A stretch of DNA of 64,000 nt from Eledone cirrhosa (GCA_964016885.1 OZ024741.1:229772001-229836000); one strand, 5' to 3'. Counted from the first letter of the stretch, positions 1 through 12,791 are shown. Notes: generated by a model from the sequence alone, not told the origin. Numbers and translations: made by a program.

Positions 1-685
1 TACGATATGCCTCACCGAAAACGACCAGTATTTTCTTCTAAACGAAATAAAGCCCTTAAATTGCGAAAATGGAGGCTTGTGCGTAGGTACGTTTTTTTAT
101 CGATATCCTTTGTTATTTCGCTTCTTTTATCTCCAAGAAAATATTATTCCTGGATTTTTTCAAGGTGATATAAAGTAAGAATATATTGTACTGTGTAATA
201 ATTGTTTCTATGTTAGGCACAATGAGAAAAGGTACAGATTAGGGGTTAGAAATTAAAAGAAAAAGGAAAAGAAAAGGAAAAGTAAGAAAGGGAAATGATA
301 AATAGGAGTGATATAGAATGAGTAACTAGTATTATATAATGTATAATAAATAACTTTGAAATAAGGTAGAAGGATGGGTATATTTTTAAAGAAGTATATA
401 TATATGTGCCTTTGAGAAAAGGATTTTAAATTGATAAAGTATTAGATATTAGCTGTATACTTTATGGAATGTTCTGTGGAATTTATGCAAGCAGAGAGAA
501 AACAAGTCAGTGCGTCTATTTATTATAGAATCTAAATTAGATATAATGGTAAATTTTCCATTTAAACAGAGATTGCAAGTCTCGGATAGAGAACTGTTCA
601 AGTATGAAGAAGCAGAAGAAACCTTTTTCCAAGAGATGTTATATTTACAATGCTTTATTGTACTACAATAAAACTCACCTCCTAC

Positions 686-760
<75 letters not shown>

Positions 761-783
761 ATATATATATATGTATATATATG

Positions 784-816
<33 letters not shown>

Positions 817-851
817 GTATATATATATGTATATATATATATGTATATATA

Positions 852-892
<41 letters not shown>

Positions 893-898
<6 letters not shown>

Positions 899-2126
899 GA
901 CGTAAAATAAGAAAATTAAAAAAAAAATTAAAAATTAACTTACTAAAATTTTCACTCCAACTAATTAGTTTCTGTAATGGGATAAAGATAGTTACGTAAT
1001 ATAACCATCGAGAATTCATTACGTCATCAGGGAGTCTATTCTCAGCTAAGTCTCCAGGCAATGCGCGGACACTGTGGACTCATATATAAATAATAATAAT
1101 TCGGTGGATGGAACAGCTAGCGGGGACTGGATTCCATGCACTGAAAAAGTTCGCTGTCTCTGGTCAAATGGCAGATTCTAAAGAATCAATCACGTGACAC
1201 TGAGGCTAGTCGGAAGGAGTGGGTTGGTAAGATGACAAAAGCCTACTACCACACCAATGAATTAGTAGTGGTTTTGGCAGGTTTTTCTCAACAAATAAAT
1301 AATTTGGAGATAAATATAGAGAATTTAGTATATCTACCAACATATGCGTACAGATGTACACTAATGCTAGCAAATACATAAGTTATGTCATAGTACCTAG
1401 GTGGTTCAATGCGGGAGGATGCAGAACAATAATATGAAAGACGTAAAATAAGAAAATTTAAAAAAAAATTAAAAATTAACTTACTTACTAAAATTTTCAC
1501 TCCAACTAATTAGTTTCTGTAATGGGATAAAGATAGTTACGTAATATAACCATCGAGAATTCATTACGTCATCAGGGAGTCTATTCTCAGCTAAGTCTCC
1601 AGGCAATGCGCGGACACTGGCGACTCATATAAAAATAATAATAATTCAGTGGATGGAACAGCTAGCGGGGACTGGATTCCATGCACTGAAAAAGTTCGCT
1701 GTCTCTGGTCAAATGGCAGATTCTAAAGAATCAATCACGTGACACTGAGGCTAGTCGGAAGGAGTGGGTTGGTAAGATGACAAAAGCCTACTACCACACC
1801 AATGAATTAGTAGTGGTTTTGGCAGGTTTTTCTCAACAAATAAATAATTTGGAGATAAATATAGAGAATTTAGTATATCTACCAACATATGCGTACAGAT
1901 GTACACTAATGCTAGCAAATACATAAGTTATGTCATAGTACCTAGGTGGTTCAATGAGGGAGGATACAGAACAATAATATGAAAGACGTAAAATAAGAAA
2001 ATTTTTTAAAAAATAAAAAATTAACTTACTAAAATTTTCACTCCAACTAATTAGTTTCTGTAATGGGATAAAGATAGTTACGTAATATAACCATCGAGAA
2101 TTCATTACGTCATCAGGGAGTCTATT
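893..2126 (-). repeat. Tandem array, ~545-bp unit (~2.3 copies), one type I hammerhead per unit (retrozyme-like or pseudo-LTR array)
   Basis: Near-identical units with period 545/541 (ACTCCAACTAATTAG at 954, 1499, 2040); bounded by (TA)n on the left and an inverted partial copy at ~2130-2280. Confidence 0.9.
954..1035 (-). ncRNA. Type I hammerhead ribozyme motif (copy 1; copies also at 1499-1580 and 2040-2121)
   Basis: Minus strand: ACUCC-CUGAUGA-[cGUAAUG...CAUUACa]-GAAA-CUAAUUAG-UU-GGAGU. Stem I ACUCC/GGAGU, palindromic stem III, GUU cleavage triplet. Confidence 0.8.
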
Positions 2127-2292
2127 TTATTTTTTTTTTTTTATTATTTTACGTCTTTCATATTATTGTTCTGCATCCTCCTGCATTGAACCACCTAGGT
2201 ACTATGACATAACTTATGTATTTGCTAGCATTAGTGTACATCTGTACGCATATGTTGGTAGATATACTAAATTCTCTCTATATATATATATG

Positions 2293-2337
<45 letters not shown>

Positions 2338-2338
2338 G

Positions 2339-2625
<287 letters not shown>

Positions 2626-2626
2626 G

Positions 2627-2706
<80 letters not shown>

Positions 2707-3339
2707 GAGAAGAAAGAAGAATACTGCGTGGTTTGCACATGGGTTATATATGATAAAAATAGTCCTTCGTCAGTGATTTTCCAACCATCATTGGTATTTC
2801 ATCGCATTAAAAATCAGATACCTCAGGTTGGTGCGAGCTATAACTAAAAAGTTATTGGGACCAGTAATTCGCGCAAAGCGAGGGGGACAAGTAAACAACA
2901 TAGAAGGATAAAAGCAAACCGAAGATAGGAAAATAAACAAGCAACATGGTTGTCCGGTCAGCATTAGCTGGGTGGATTTCATGAGCGAGAGAGGTACAGA
3001 CCGTGTCGATGTGTGTGAGATGTGAGCAAGAAGAGACCCACACAAGCCAAACGGGAGGAAATGAGAAGGGGAGAAACAGAGAGTGAGTGAGTAGAAGTGT
3101 GAGGAAGAGGTCAGTCGAGAGAAAGTGTAACTGACAGAGGGGGCGAAAGAAGGTGAGAGAAACAGAGAGAGCTTGGAAGCAGTAAGAGAGAAACAGACAA
3201 ACGCAACCGAATATATATATATATTAATAAAAGGAATTCCAACTTTGTCTGATTTACTCGTTTTATTTACAATCCTTTAAAATTTATAATGGTATTAGAA
3301 TGAAATAGTATGGTAGAATATTAAATGTTAAGTGTTAAT

Positions 3340-3770
3340 TGAACAAGTACTTTCATGCTTTCGCAATCTTCAGGTTCATAATGTGTGGTGACAGTCAAGT
3401 GTGCAATTTTCAACAGTTGAAAATTGCAAACTTGACTGTCACCAATCTGGCAGGAAGGTATACGTTGCTGACGATAGCTAATAAGCTTAAAACTAGTACA
3501 GCGTTCCTTTGTCAGTGTTGAACAAACGAGCAACGATGGTTGCTGGACACTACGGCTTAATACGGGATGTTTGTTTACAAACACACTGAGCATTATAATA
3601 AATGTTCGGTGAATCCATACGTACTTATATATATGTGTGCATGTATGTATATATATATATACATACTACTGTACGTCTGTATACATATATGTATGTACGT
3701 GTACATACTTATATTTAAGTAACAGCCGTACTAAGTGTGGGAAATGAAATTTCGTTTAATTTTTTCCGTT
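3340..3770 (+). mobile_element. Pseudo-LTR-like repeat fragment with mutated HHR; homologous to 47030-47350
   Basis: 3460-3760 is similar to 47045-47340. HHR at 3462-3504 has AAAA in place of GAAA. Internal palindrome at ~3388-3442. Confidence 0.6.
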
Positions 3771-3783
3771 TATATATATATAC

Positions 3784-3964
<181 letters not shown>

Positions 3965-4439
3965 GATAAATGCATGTACAACCACTTTCACTCTCTCTAT
4001 ATATATATATAAAAATGTATGTATGTTTTCGTAAATAGATTACAAGCGTTTTCCAAATATGTTATTATATGAAAGACACGACTGTTCAAGTTTGATTTTT
4101 TTAATTAAAGATCGTCCTATTTCTTTATAAGTTCTTTATATTTAATTTGAAAATAATACCGTTTCTCAATCTATACGCCTATTAACGTATTTTGAGACTT
4201 TCTTTTGAATAAGAATGATAGTAGTGATGGAGTGTTGTTCTTGCGTTTTGAAATGGTCACCAAAAAACCGTTGGTGTGTAATGTTCATAGTCAATTTCAC
4301 GTACAGGGTGGTCCGAAAGTCTTGTCACCCCTTGTCACATATTGTTTTAATTTTCATTATTTTTTGTTTTAATAATATAATATATAATATCATTAATTAT
4401 AATATATAATAATAATGATAATATAATTTTCTATTTCAG

Positions 4440-7400
4440 AGCTCCTACAGTTTGGAAGAGAGGCTGCTTGCAAGTCACATGATCCTGTGCATTCTACCTA
4501 GCGCGATCAGCGCCAACGCTCACGTCTAGACGAGACTCCGGAGGTAAGGGAGGACCGTCTTTCTGACCAGTGCACTCGACGTCAACGCTCACATCTCAAC
4601 GAGATTCCGGGGGCAAGGGAAGAAAGGCTGGCAGGTAGACGGCGTAAACTTCAAGAAAATGCTGCTACTACAAGGGACACTTTTTGCTTAAAAGCTGGCT
4701 TTAACTACAATCTTTCTGATGATTACACCAATCACCGGATTTGGCTCTTTGAAAAATGGATAAGGTATGTCTGTCCTGTGGGGCTAAGAAGTAGGTCGGT
4801 GAGGCTCCAGGTCTTTGCTGTTCCGGGGGCAAAGTTCGACTTCAGGCGCTGGCAGATCCTCCTGATTTGCTGCAAAATCTTCTCGTTGGTAACTCTGAAG
4901 TTTCGCAAAAGCATTTGGAGATACAATTCATGCTTCGCTATGACATCATTTGGTGTAAGGGATGGCAGAAAAAACAAAAAGAACAACAGCAACAAGACCG
5001 GTGTCGCCAGCAATTGTGACAACAACGAAGAAAGAAAAACTTTACACCTACAAAATTCAAGGTCAGTGTTACCATCTAATGGGAAGCCTTCGCCCACAGC
5101 TAGGCGAGGAGCCTAAATTCCTCCAGGTATTCTTCATGGGCGGGAATGATGAGGAAGTTTCCCAAAGATGCAAGATCAATTCATCTCTTGACGGGAACAT
5201 TGTTGCGGAACTTCAAGCTATGTTCCATGCAACCCATCCGTACGTCCGTAACTTGAAGAGTGCTTTGGAGCTTTCGGACTCTAGACATGAGATGAAATTG
5301 GTCATCAGAGCTGACAGACGACCTGCGGGTGGGCATCCTGGATGTTTCAACGCTCCAACTACCAACGAGGTAGCAGCAATCATGGTTGACGAAAATCATG
5401 GTGCACGTGACATCATCATTCAGCATCGCAATAACAGACTGACGTTCGTTGCAGAAACCCATCGGTCGTACGATTGCTTGCAGTACCCTCTTCTTTTTCC
5501 GTACGGCGAGGACGGCTACAATTTCGATATTCCCACAATTGATCCGAAAAGTCTTGCTGCTTTACCAAAGAAAGTTTCCAGCATGGATTTTTATGCATAC
5601 CGACTCATGATCAGAGACGGTCAATTCAACCAACTACTTAGGTTCAGAGGTGACAAACCAGTTCTTGGTTGATATGTACGCAAAGATTGAAGTGGAACGT
5701 CTTCTGTACATACGTACCCACCAAAAAGAACTAAGAGGGGTTCAATACGCTCATCTTAAGGATGCTTTGCAACGTGACGGTGACGCAACCAATGTTGGGC
5801 ATCAGGTGATCCTTCCTTCAAGCTTTAGTGGCACACCCCGGTACATGCATAAACGGACACGGGATGCCATGGCGTATGCCCGTAAGTTTGGGCGGCCGGA
5901 TGTTTTTATTACCTTCACATATAATCTTAATTGGGTGGAGATTAAGGAGAATTTATTCGCGGGCCAGGTGACGAGTGACAGGCATGATATTACAGCCAGA
6001 GTCTTCCACGGAAAGTTGAAGAAACTAATGTGCTTGCTAAAAGATAAGGCCATCTACGGACAACTCAATGCTTGGATGTATACTGTGGAATGGCAGAAGC
6101 GGGTTCTTCCACACGCACATATTCTTATTTGGTGCAAAGAACGAATCAGACCTACGGACATTGATCGCGTTATATGTGCAGAGTAGCCCGATCCCCAAAT
6201 TGATTTGCAGCTTTACAACATTATGCTGGCTAATATGATACATGGACTCTGTGGTGCCCTTAACAGCCAAAGTTCATGCATGGACTACCCCAGAGCCTTC
6301 ACCAGGGAAACTTGCACTGGGGTTGACGGCTACCCCATCTACCGGCGGCGTGCTCCCGATTTTGGCGGCCTTTCGGCTAGGATTAAGAAGAAAGGGAAAT
6401 AATACGACATTGACAACAGCTGGGTGGTGCCTTACAGCGCTTTGCTTGCTAAAATTGTTAATGCTCACACCAGTGTGGAGTCCTGCACATCTGTTAAAAG
6501 CATTAAATACATCTGCAAATACATCAACAAAGGCGGCGGCATGGCGGTGGTTGGCCTCAGTGATGACGTAGAATCAAAAGACGAAATTACTCAGTTCATG
6601 ATGGGAAGATACATTTCGTCCAATATGACGGCTTGGCGCATTTTTGGGGTTGAAATTCACCGGTGCTCTCCAGCAGTTGTTAAGTTGAATGTTCACTTAG
6701 AGAATGGTCAACGCGTCTATTTCACTGAGGAAACAGCATCGGCTGCTGCCGAACAGCCACCTGAGACGTCGCCTACAGCATTTTTTAAGCTACGTTCTGT
6801 CGATACGTTTGCAGTTACCCTTTTTTACGTACTTCACTTGGTCGAACAAAAAATGGCATCGGTGGCAACAAGGGGAAAAGGTTGAAGATTGGATAGGTGT
6901 CTTCAGAAGTAATGCCATCGGACGCGTGTATAATGTTCATCCGAAGCAACAAGAATGCTTTTTCCTGCGAATGTTGCTGCATCAAATCAAAGGGCCTAAG
7001 TCATTCGCCGACCTAAGACTTTTCGATGGCCACATTTGTTCCAGTTACAGGGACGCGTGCGTGAAGCGCGGGCTACTCGAGGATGATGCCCACCTGAACG
7101 TGGCGTTGACAGAGGCTGCTGAATGTAAGATGCCTCGAGAAATGAGACGTCTGTTTTGCATAATGCTATCGTTCTGCGGCATAGGTGAGCCCCTTAAGCT
7201 TTGGGAAATGCATAAGGACAACATGTCAGAGGACATCCTCCGTAGACTACGAGCAGAAGATCCAGCGGCTGGCTTTGCTTTCAACGACGCGGTGTACAAT
7301 GAGGCCCTCATCAACATGGACAACCATCTTAAAACTCTTGGAGTTGGCGGTGTGTCTGATTTCGGTTTGCCACAACCTCGAAACACTCACTGTGCTTTAG

Positions 7401-7461
7401 ATGTGGAGTTCATGTGTGAGTTAAATTACAACATCGACGATATGACACATCAGGTAGCTCA

Positions 7462-7464
<3 letters not shown>
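4440..7464 (+). mobile_element. Helitron RepHel pseudogene, Rep (HUH endonuclease) half
   Basis: ORF pieces give YKIQGQCYH, LQYPLLFPYGEDG, QFLVDMYAKIE, LPSSFSGTPRYM, PDVFITFT, VEWQKRVLPHAHILIW (HUH motif) and KYICKYINKG; interrupted by frameshifts and stops (6184, 6400). Confidence 0.95.
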
Positions 7465-7511
<47 letters not shown>

Positions 7512-7580
7512 TAGCAGCTGCTGTCTCCGGTCATGCAAAAGTCTGGGTTCGTCCTGAGCTACCTGATGTATATATATATA

Positions 7581-8030
7581 TCCAGCTAACCTCAGTCCCC
7601 TCTATGTCACTCTTGGGAGGCTCCCATACAGCTCTGAGATTTTCATCCTCAGTGTATACGGATTAATGTTCAGAGCCATCCTCAGCATTCTCGTGTAGCA
7701 CCCATCCACCATCTGAGTGAGTTTCTTGGTCAGTGTCCAAGTCTCAGACCCGTACAGCAGCACAGACTCCACTACAGCAATGAAGAGGCGGACCTTCAGG
7801 TCTTCACGAAGGTCCGACTTCCACACCGATCTCAAGCTGTGGGAGCCCCTACATGGACACACTGGAAGAGGAAGATCAAGGTTAACGTATGTTGATGCCC
7901 TAAGGACAGACACTGGTCTGTTGGAGACGCAGGACATGGCAGCGATAATGAGGGACAGAGACCGCTGGAGAGAACTCGTCCATGGATCTCGGGAATTTTA
8001 CCCGCCCTAGATAGATAGATAGATAGATAT
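7581..8030 (+). mobile_element. 5'-truncated RTE-related LINE copy with 5' inversion and (TAGA)n tail
   Basis: 7581-7837 antisense and 7838-8010 sense to the element at 42950-44770 (ESVLLYGSETWTL; LWEPLHG...SREFYPP*). Confidence 0.85.
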
Positions 8031-8062
8031 ACTAGCAGCTGCTAGTATATATATATATATAA

Positions 8063-9757
8063 TTAACAATATATTTAGAAACACACAGATACATGCGGAC
8101 ACACACATATATACATGAATGCATCCGCACCCAACTGTGAGTTAAGGGTGCCAACTTCACCGATGTTGCTCAATGAATGACTGGGACAGACCAATTCAGT
8201 TGAACTAGACTGAACCAGTATCAGAGTTAAAAATACATTATGAAGAGAGAAGAAACATTTAGATATAATTAGTAATAAAATGTATCATACCTAAACTGCT
8301 CCTAAATTCCTCGACTACGTAGTTTCGTGGCATAAACAAAAACAATATATCATAAAGATATAGAGTCCTTGCGAGGTCTGCCGACTTATCAAGAGGATAC
8401 CTCATTTTACTAGTCTCAAGAACGCGTCTACACGACGTGAGAAAGAATCCCAAAAGGCGGAGGGGGAGATAATCACGCGATATAACGGTCGAGAAACAGA
8501 GCTAAGCCTCTTATAACCCCGAAGAAAATACCACGGAGGCGGAGGGGGTATTTATATCGAGGCCGTAGAAGAGGTGGTGAAGAAGGCGAGAAGTATGAGT
8601 AATGGAAGCTTTCCAGCTGTCCCCACACTTCAAAGATTGCTCGACCAGAGGGAGTTATTAACAATATATTTAGAAACACACAGATACATGCGGACACACA
8701 CATATATACATGAATGCATCCGCACCCAACTGTGAGTTAAGGGTGCCAACTTCACCGATGTTGCTCAATGAATGACTGGGACAGACCAATTCAGTTGAAC
8801 TAGACTGAACCAGTATCAGAGTTAAAAATACATTATGAAGAGAGAAGAAACATTTAGATATAATTAGTAATAAAATGTATCATACCTAAACTGCTCCTAA
8901 ATTCCTCGACTACGTAGTTTCGTGGCATAAACAAAAACAATATATCATAAAGATATAGAGTCCTTGCGAGGTCTGCCGACTTATCAAGAGGATACCTCAT
9001 TTTACTAGTCTCAAGAACGCGTCTACACGACGTGAGAAAGAATCCCAAAAGGCGGAGGGGGAGATAATCACGCGATATAACGGTCGAGAAACAGAGCTAA
9101 GCCTCTTATAACCCCGAAGAAAATACCACGGAGGCGGAGGGGGTATTTATATCGAGGCCGTAGAAGAGGTGGTGAAGAAGGCGAGAAGTATGAGTAATGG
9201 AAGCTTTCCAGCTGTCCCCACACTTCAAAGATTGCTCGACCAGAGGGAGTTATTAACAATATATTTAGAAACACACAGATACATGCGGACACACACATAT
9301 ATACATGAATGCATCCGCACCCAACTGTGAGTTAAGGGTGCCAACTTCCCCGATGTTGCTCAATGAATGACTGGGACAGACCAATTCAGTTGAACTAGAC
9401 TGAACCAGTATCAGAGTTAAAAATACATTATGAAGAGAGAAGAAACATTTAGATATAATTAGTAATAAAATGTATCATACCTAAACTGCTCCTAAATTCC
9501 TCGACTACGTAGTTTCGTGGCATAAACAAAAACAATATATCATAAAGATATAGAGTCCTTGCGAGGTCTGCCGACTTATCAAGAGGATACCTCATTTTAC
9601 TAGTCTCAAGAACGCGTCTACACGACGTGAGAAAGAATCCCAAAAGGCGGAGGGGGAGATAATCACGCGATATAACGGTCGAGAAACAGAGCTAAGCCTC
9701 TTATAACCCCGAAGAAAATACCACGGAGGCGGAGGGGGTATTTATATCGAGGCCGTA
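8063..9757 (-). repeat. Tandem array, 595-bp unit (~2.85 copies, nearly identical), one variant hammerhead per unit
   Basis: Exact 595-bp periodicity (8063/8658/9253); only one substitution noticed (~9348); flanked by (TA)n; non-coding. Confidence 0.95.
8308..8397 (-). ncRNA. Type I hammerhead ribozyme with U3-A8 core (copies also at 8903-8992 and 9498-9587)
   Basis: Minus strand: UCCUC-UUGAUAA-[GUcGGCA...UGCCAC]-GAAA-CUACGUAG-UC-GAGGA. Perfect stem I, palindromic stem III, GUC triplet. Confidence 0.8.
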
Positions 9758-9773
9758 TATATATATATATATA

Positions 9774-10440
9774 CTAGCAGAGGAGCCCGGTTGCACTCCT
9801 CGGGGCTACTCGGGGCCACTTTTTTATTAAGTTAATAAGTTGCGGCGTGACGTGAAGAGAGTGGTTTGACAGAGAGACGTTGGGTGGAGTAGGGTTCAAA
9901 GATGTTATTGCAGGGCTTCTTTGTAGACAACGTTCCTGGTGTTGACCGGGTTACCACAAATGAAGAGGTTGTGTGGACTGCCGACGCGGGAGCATCCGAC
10001 GTATAGTTGACCATGGGCAAATACCTTCTGTGTTAGATTTGGGCCAACCACTTGCAGCGATTGTCCTTGTGCTTTGTTAATGCTCATTGCAAAGCAGAGT
10101 TTTATGGGAAACTGCCATCGCGTAAATTAATAGGGGACGTCAGAGGGATTAAGGCTCATACGGGTAATTAACCTGGTAACGCCAGCAGCGGGTCCGCTCA
10201 AAATGGTTGTCTCCAGAATTTGGATCCTTATTGTTTTGATGATTAAACGCGTTCCGTTGCATAGTTCTGGTGCATCCAGGTTTCTCAGCAGCATAACTGG
10301 CACACCAACCTTCAGTTTCAGATCATGAGGAGGAAGCCCTGGAGGTAGTTGACTGTTGAGGAATTCAATTGGGTAGATGACGGCGTCGTCCGCGTTTTTA
10401 TAGGTGTTAATCGACTTGAAGGAGACTTCATTTCCGGGAA

Positions 10441-10443
<3 letters not shown>
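9774..10443 (-). mobile_element. Helitron Pif1-like helicase C-terminus and 3' terminus
   Basis: Translation contains GLPPHDLKLKVGVPVMLLRNL, LCNGTR, FAMSINKAQGQSL and FAHGQLYVGCSRV; followed by a GC-rich hairpin (9780-9807) and terminal CTAG (9774-9777) next to (TA)n. Confidence 0.92.
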
Positions 10444-10478
<35 letters not shown>

Positions 10479-10481
<3 letters not shown>

Positions 10482-10682
10482 AACGAGTAGGACCCCGACG
10501 GCTGAGCTCAAGCCGTTTCGACGGCTAATTCTGGACTAACTTTTTAGTCCAGAATTAGCCGTCGAAACGGCTTGAGCTCAGCCGTCGGGGTCCTACTCGT
10601 TCCTATTACCCACTCTACTACCCTAAGTATTGAGTACTTTGGTGCGTTATCGTCCACCTGGTTCCTTACCACATTTCCTTCG

Positions 10683-10684
<2 letters not shown>
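10479..10684. repeat. Fold-back fragment (~60-bp arms) of an HHR-bearing pseudo-LTR family also seen at 21780-21965 and 46512-46615
   Basis: GGAACGAGTAGG...GGACTAA / TTAGTCC...CCTACTCGTTCC inverted repeat; downstream TTACCCACTCTACTACCCTAAG shared with the other copies. Confidence 0.8.
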
Positions 10685-10726
<42 letters not shown>

Positions 10727-10908
10727 GTGGTTACACAACAGTTAGTTCACCATACCGAGAAAAATTGGTTCACCTTAGCGGATCCTCAGCTCGTAATGAA
10801 ACAATTGTTCTCGATATGGTGAACTAACTGTTGTGTAGCCACTACTACCTAACTCGTCCCATGGACTGAGTGCTCTACCACTACGGATATTACCTTCCAG
10901 TGTTCTAC

Positions 10909-10979
<71 letters not shown>

Positions 10980-10983
<4 letters not shown>

Positions 10984-11216
10984 GTAATTCCGTCGGAAAG
11001 GTTCAGGAAAAAAGAGTGCTCTATGTAGGTTACAGAGCTTATTTGTTATGTAATAAACAACATAAGATAATTATTTCATTTACCAGTGATTTCTTGAAAG
11101 CAAACAAAATTTGCTTTCAGGATTTTTTCATTCTGATGACTGAAAGCAAATTTTGTTTGCTTTCAAGAAACCACTGGTAAATGAAATAATCATCTTATGT
11201 TGTTTATTACATAACT
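10980..11216. repeat. Fold-back fragment of the pseudo-LTR of the Penelope-like element at 33784-35906
   Basis: GAAGTAATTCCGTCGGAAA...CATTTACCAGT matches 32275-32430 and 36027-36180; arms 11045-11120 / 11140-11215. Confidence 0.8.
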
Positions 11217-11277
11217 ATATATATATATATATATAAAAGCAAAATTTGGTTTCGCTCTAATATGGCGGATACGTAAA

Positions 11278-11862
11278 TGCATTCGTGAGTGATTAATAAT
11301 AATATTATGATATTATTAATATCCGATTTGTCTGCAAGCAAACAGCCTCATTATAACATATGTTCAAGATGACTAACGTCGTTCTTTTGTTCCAGCCGTA
11401 AAATCACTTAGTATGCAAATTAGGCTAATATTTAAGAGAATACTATAAATTCTCAACAGTTCCAGAGTGTAGCAGAAGGGAGAGAAATACACAATCTTGA
11501 TAGGAGGCAATAATCCCAAAACTATTGTAGTTTGTTTTTCTCTCTGTTATCGCTGGAACAAAAAGGATACGTTAGTCGCCTTGAACACATACCGTAATGG
11601 GGTTGTTTGCTTGCAAACAAACCGAATATTAATAATATTATTATTCCGGTGAATTGGCAGTATCGGTAGAGGGTTAGGGTTAGGATCGGACATGCTTTCC
11701 AGCATAGTTACGTCCCTTTACGAGCTGAGTTCAAATCCCGCCGAGGTTAACTTTGCCTTTCATCCTTACGGGGTCCATAAAATAAAGTACCAGTAATGTA
11801 CTGGGTAATTGCTGGCCTTGTGCCTAAAGTAAAAACAATTATTATTCACTCACGAATGCATA
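11278..11862. mobile_element. MITE-like inverted-repeat element interrupted by a SINE
   Basis: GCATTCGTGAGTGA at the left end is complementary to TCACTCACGAATGC at the right end; imperfect arms 11310-11400 / 11550-11640. Confidence 0.55.
11647..11845 (+). mobile_element. tRNA-derived SINE, family 1
   Basis: A-box-like TGGCAGTATCGG, B-box GAGTTCAAATCCC, core GCCTTTCATCCTTACGGGGTC..TAAAATAAAGTACCAG, (ATT) tail. Confidence 0.85.
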
Positions 11863-12032
11863 TGATACGGCTTGCTTAACATACAAGCCAGAACCGCTTG
11901 GCACCGCGGTCTGGATTTTATGCATATCTCTCTCTCTATATATATATAGATACAAACCAACTTTTTTAAATGGAAGTTGATCAATATTTTATGGTACGTC
12001 AAATTTATTTATAAAACTGCTTATATATTGTA

Positions 12033-12094
12033 TTTTATCTGAAGAAGGCATGCCATATTTTTAATATGGTATCCCTGAAATATGTATAATGAAA
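12033..12094 (+). ncRNA. Type I hammerhead in dispersed pseudo-LTR family A (also 18786-18847 -, 20109-20170 +, 37721-37782 -, 40561-40622 +, diverged 59011-59067 +, decayed ~45842-45903 -)
   Basis: UUUUAU-CUGAAGA-[AGGcAUGCCAUAUU..AAUAUGGUAUcCCU]-GAAA-UAUGUA-UA-AUGAAA. Confidence 0.8.
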
Positions 12095-12237
12095 TAAATA
12101 TGGTTTTATAAATATAGTTTCCATTTGTTTAATATCGTATATCTACTCCAAAACTTGTTGAGTGCTTTATATCAGTTATAAAATATGTACTCATTGTAAC
12201 CCAACAATTTTAAATAAAACTTTTGCATATATACATC

Positions 12238-12294
<57 letters not shown>

Positions 12295-12389
12295 CTTAGT
12301 CGTCACGGTTGTACCACTAATTTTGTATGCGAAATTATGTAACTTCTCTTACAACCTCACCAGGTTATGAAATATACCGGTTACTACTT

Positions 12390-12465
12390 GTTTCACTACT
12401 CTATACACCCCCTTACGTCAGCAGCCAGCTTCAAGGCTTCTCCTTCAAACATACGAATACACCTT

Positions 12466-12509
<44 letters not shown>

Positions 12510-12606
12510 CACACTCACACATACACACTTTTTTCACTACTCTATACACCCCCTTACGTCAGCAGCCAGCTTCAAGGCTTCTCCTTCAAACATACGAATA
12601 CACCTT

Positions 12607-12648
<42 letters not shown>

Positions 12649-12760
12649 CACACTCACACATACACACTTTTTTCACTACTCTATACACCCCCTTACGTCA
12701 GCAGCCAGCTTCAAGGCTTCTCCTTCAAACATACGAATACACCTTCACGCGCGCACACAC

Positions 12761-12791
<31 letters not shown>

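Noticed and set aside
2720-2790. CUGACGA on the minus strand
   Set aside because: No matching GAAA, stem III or stem I partner found
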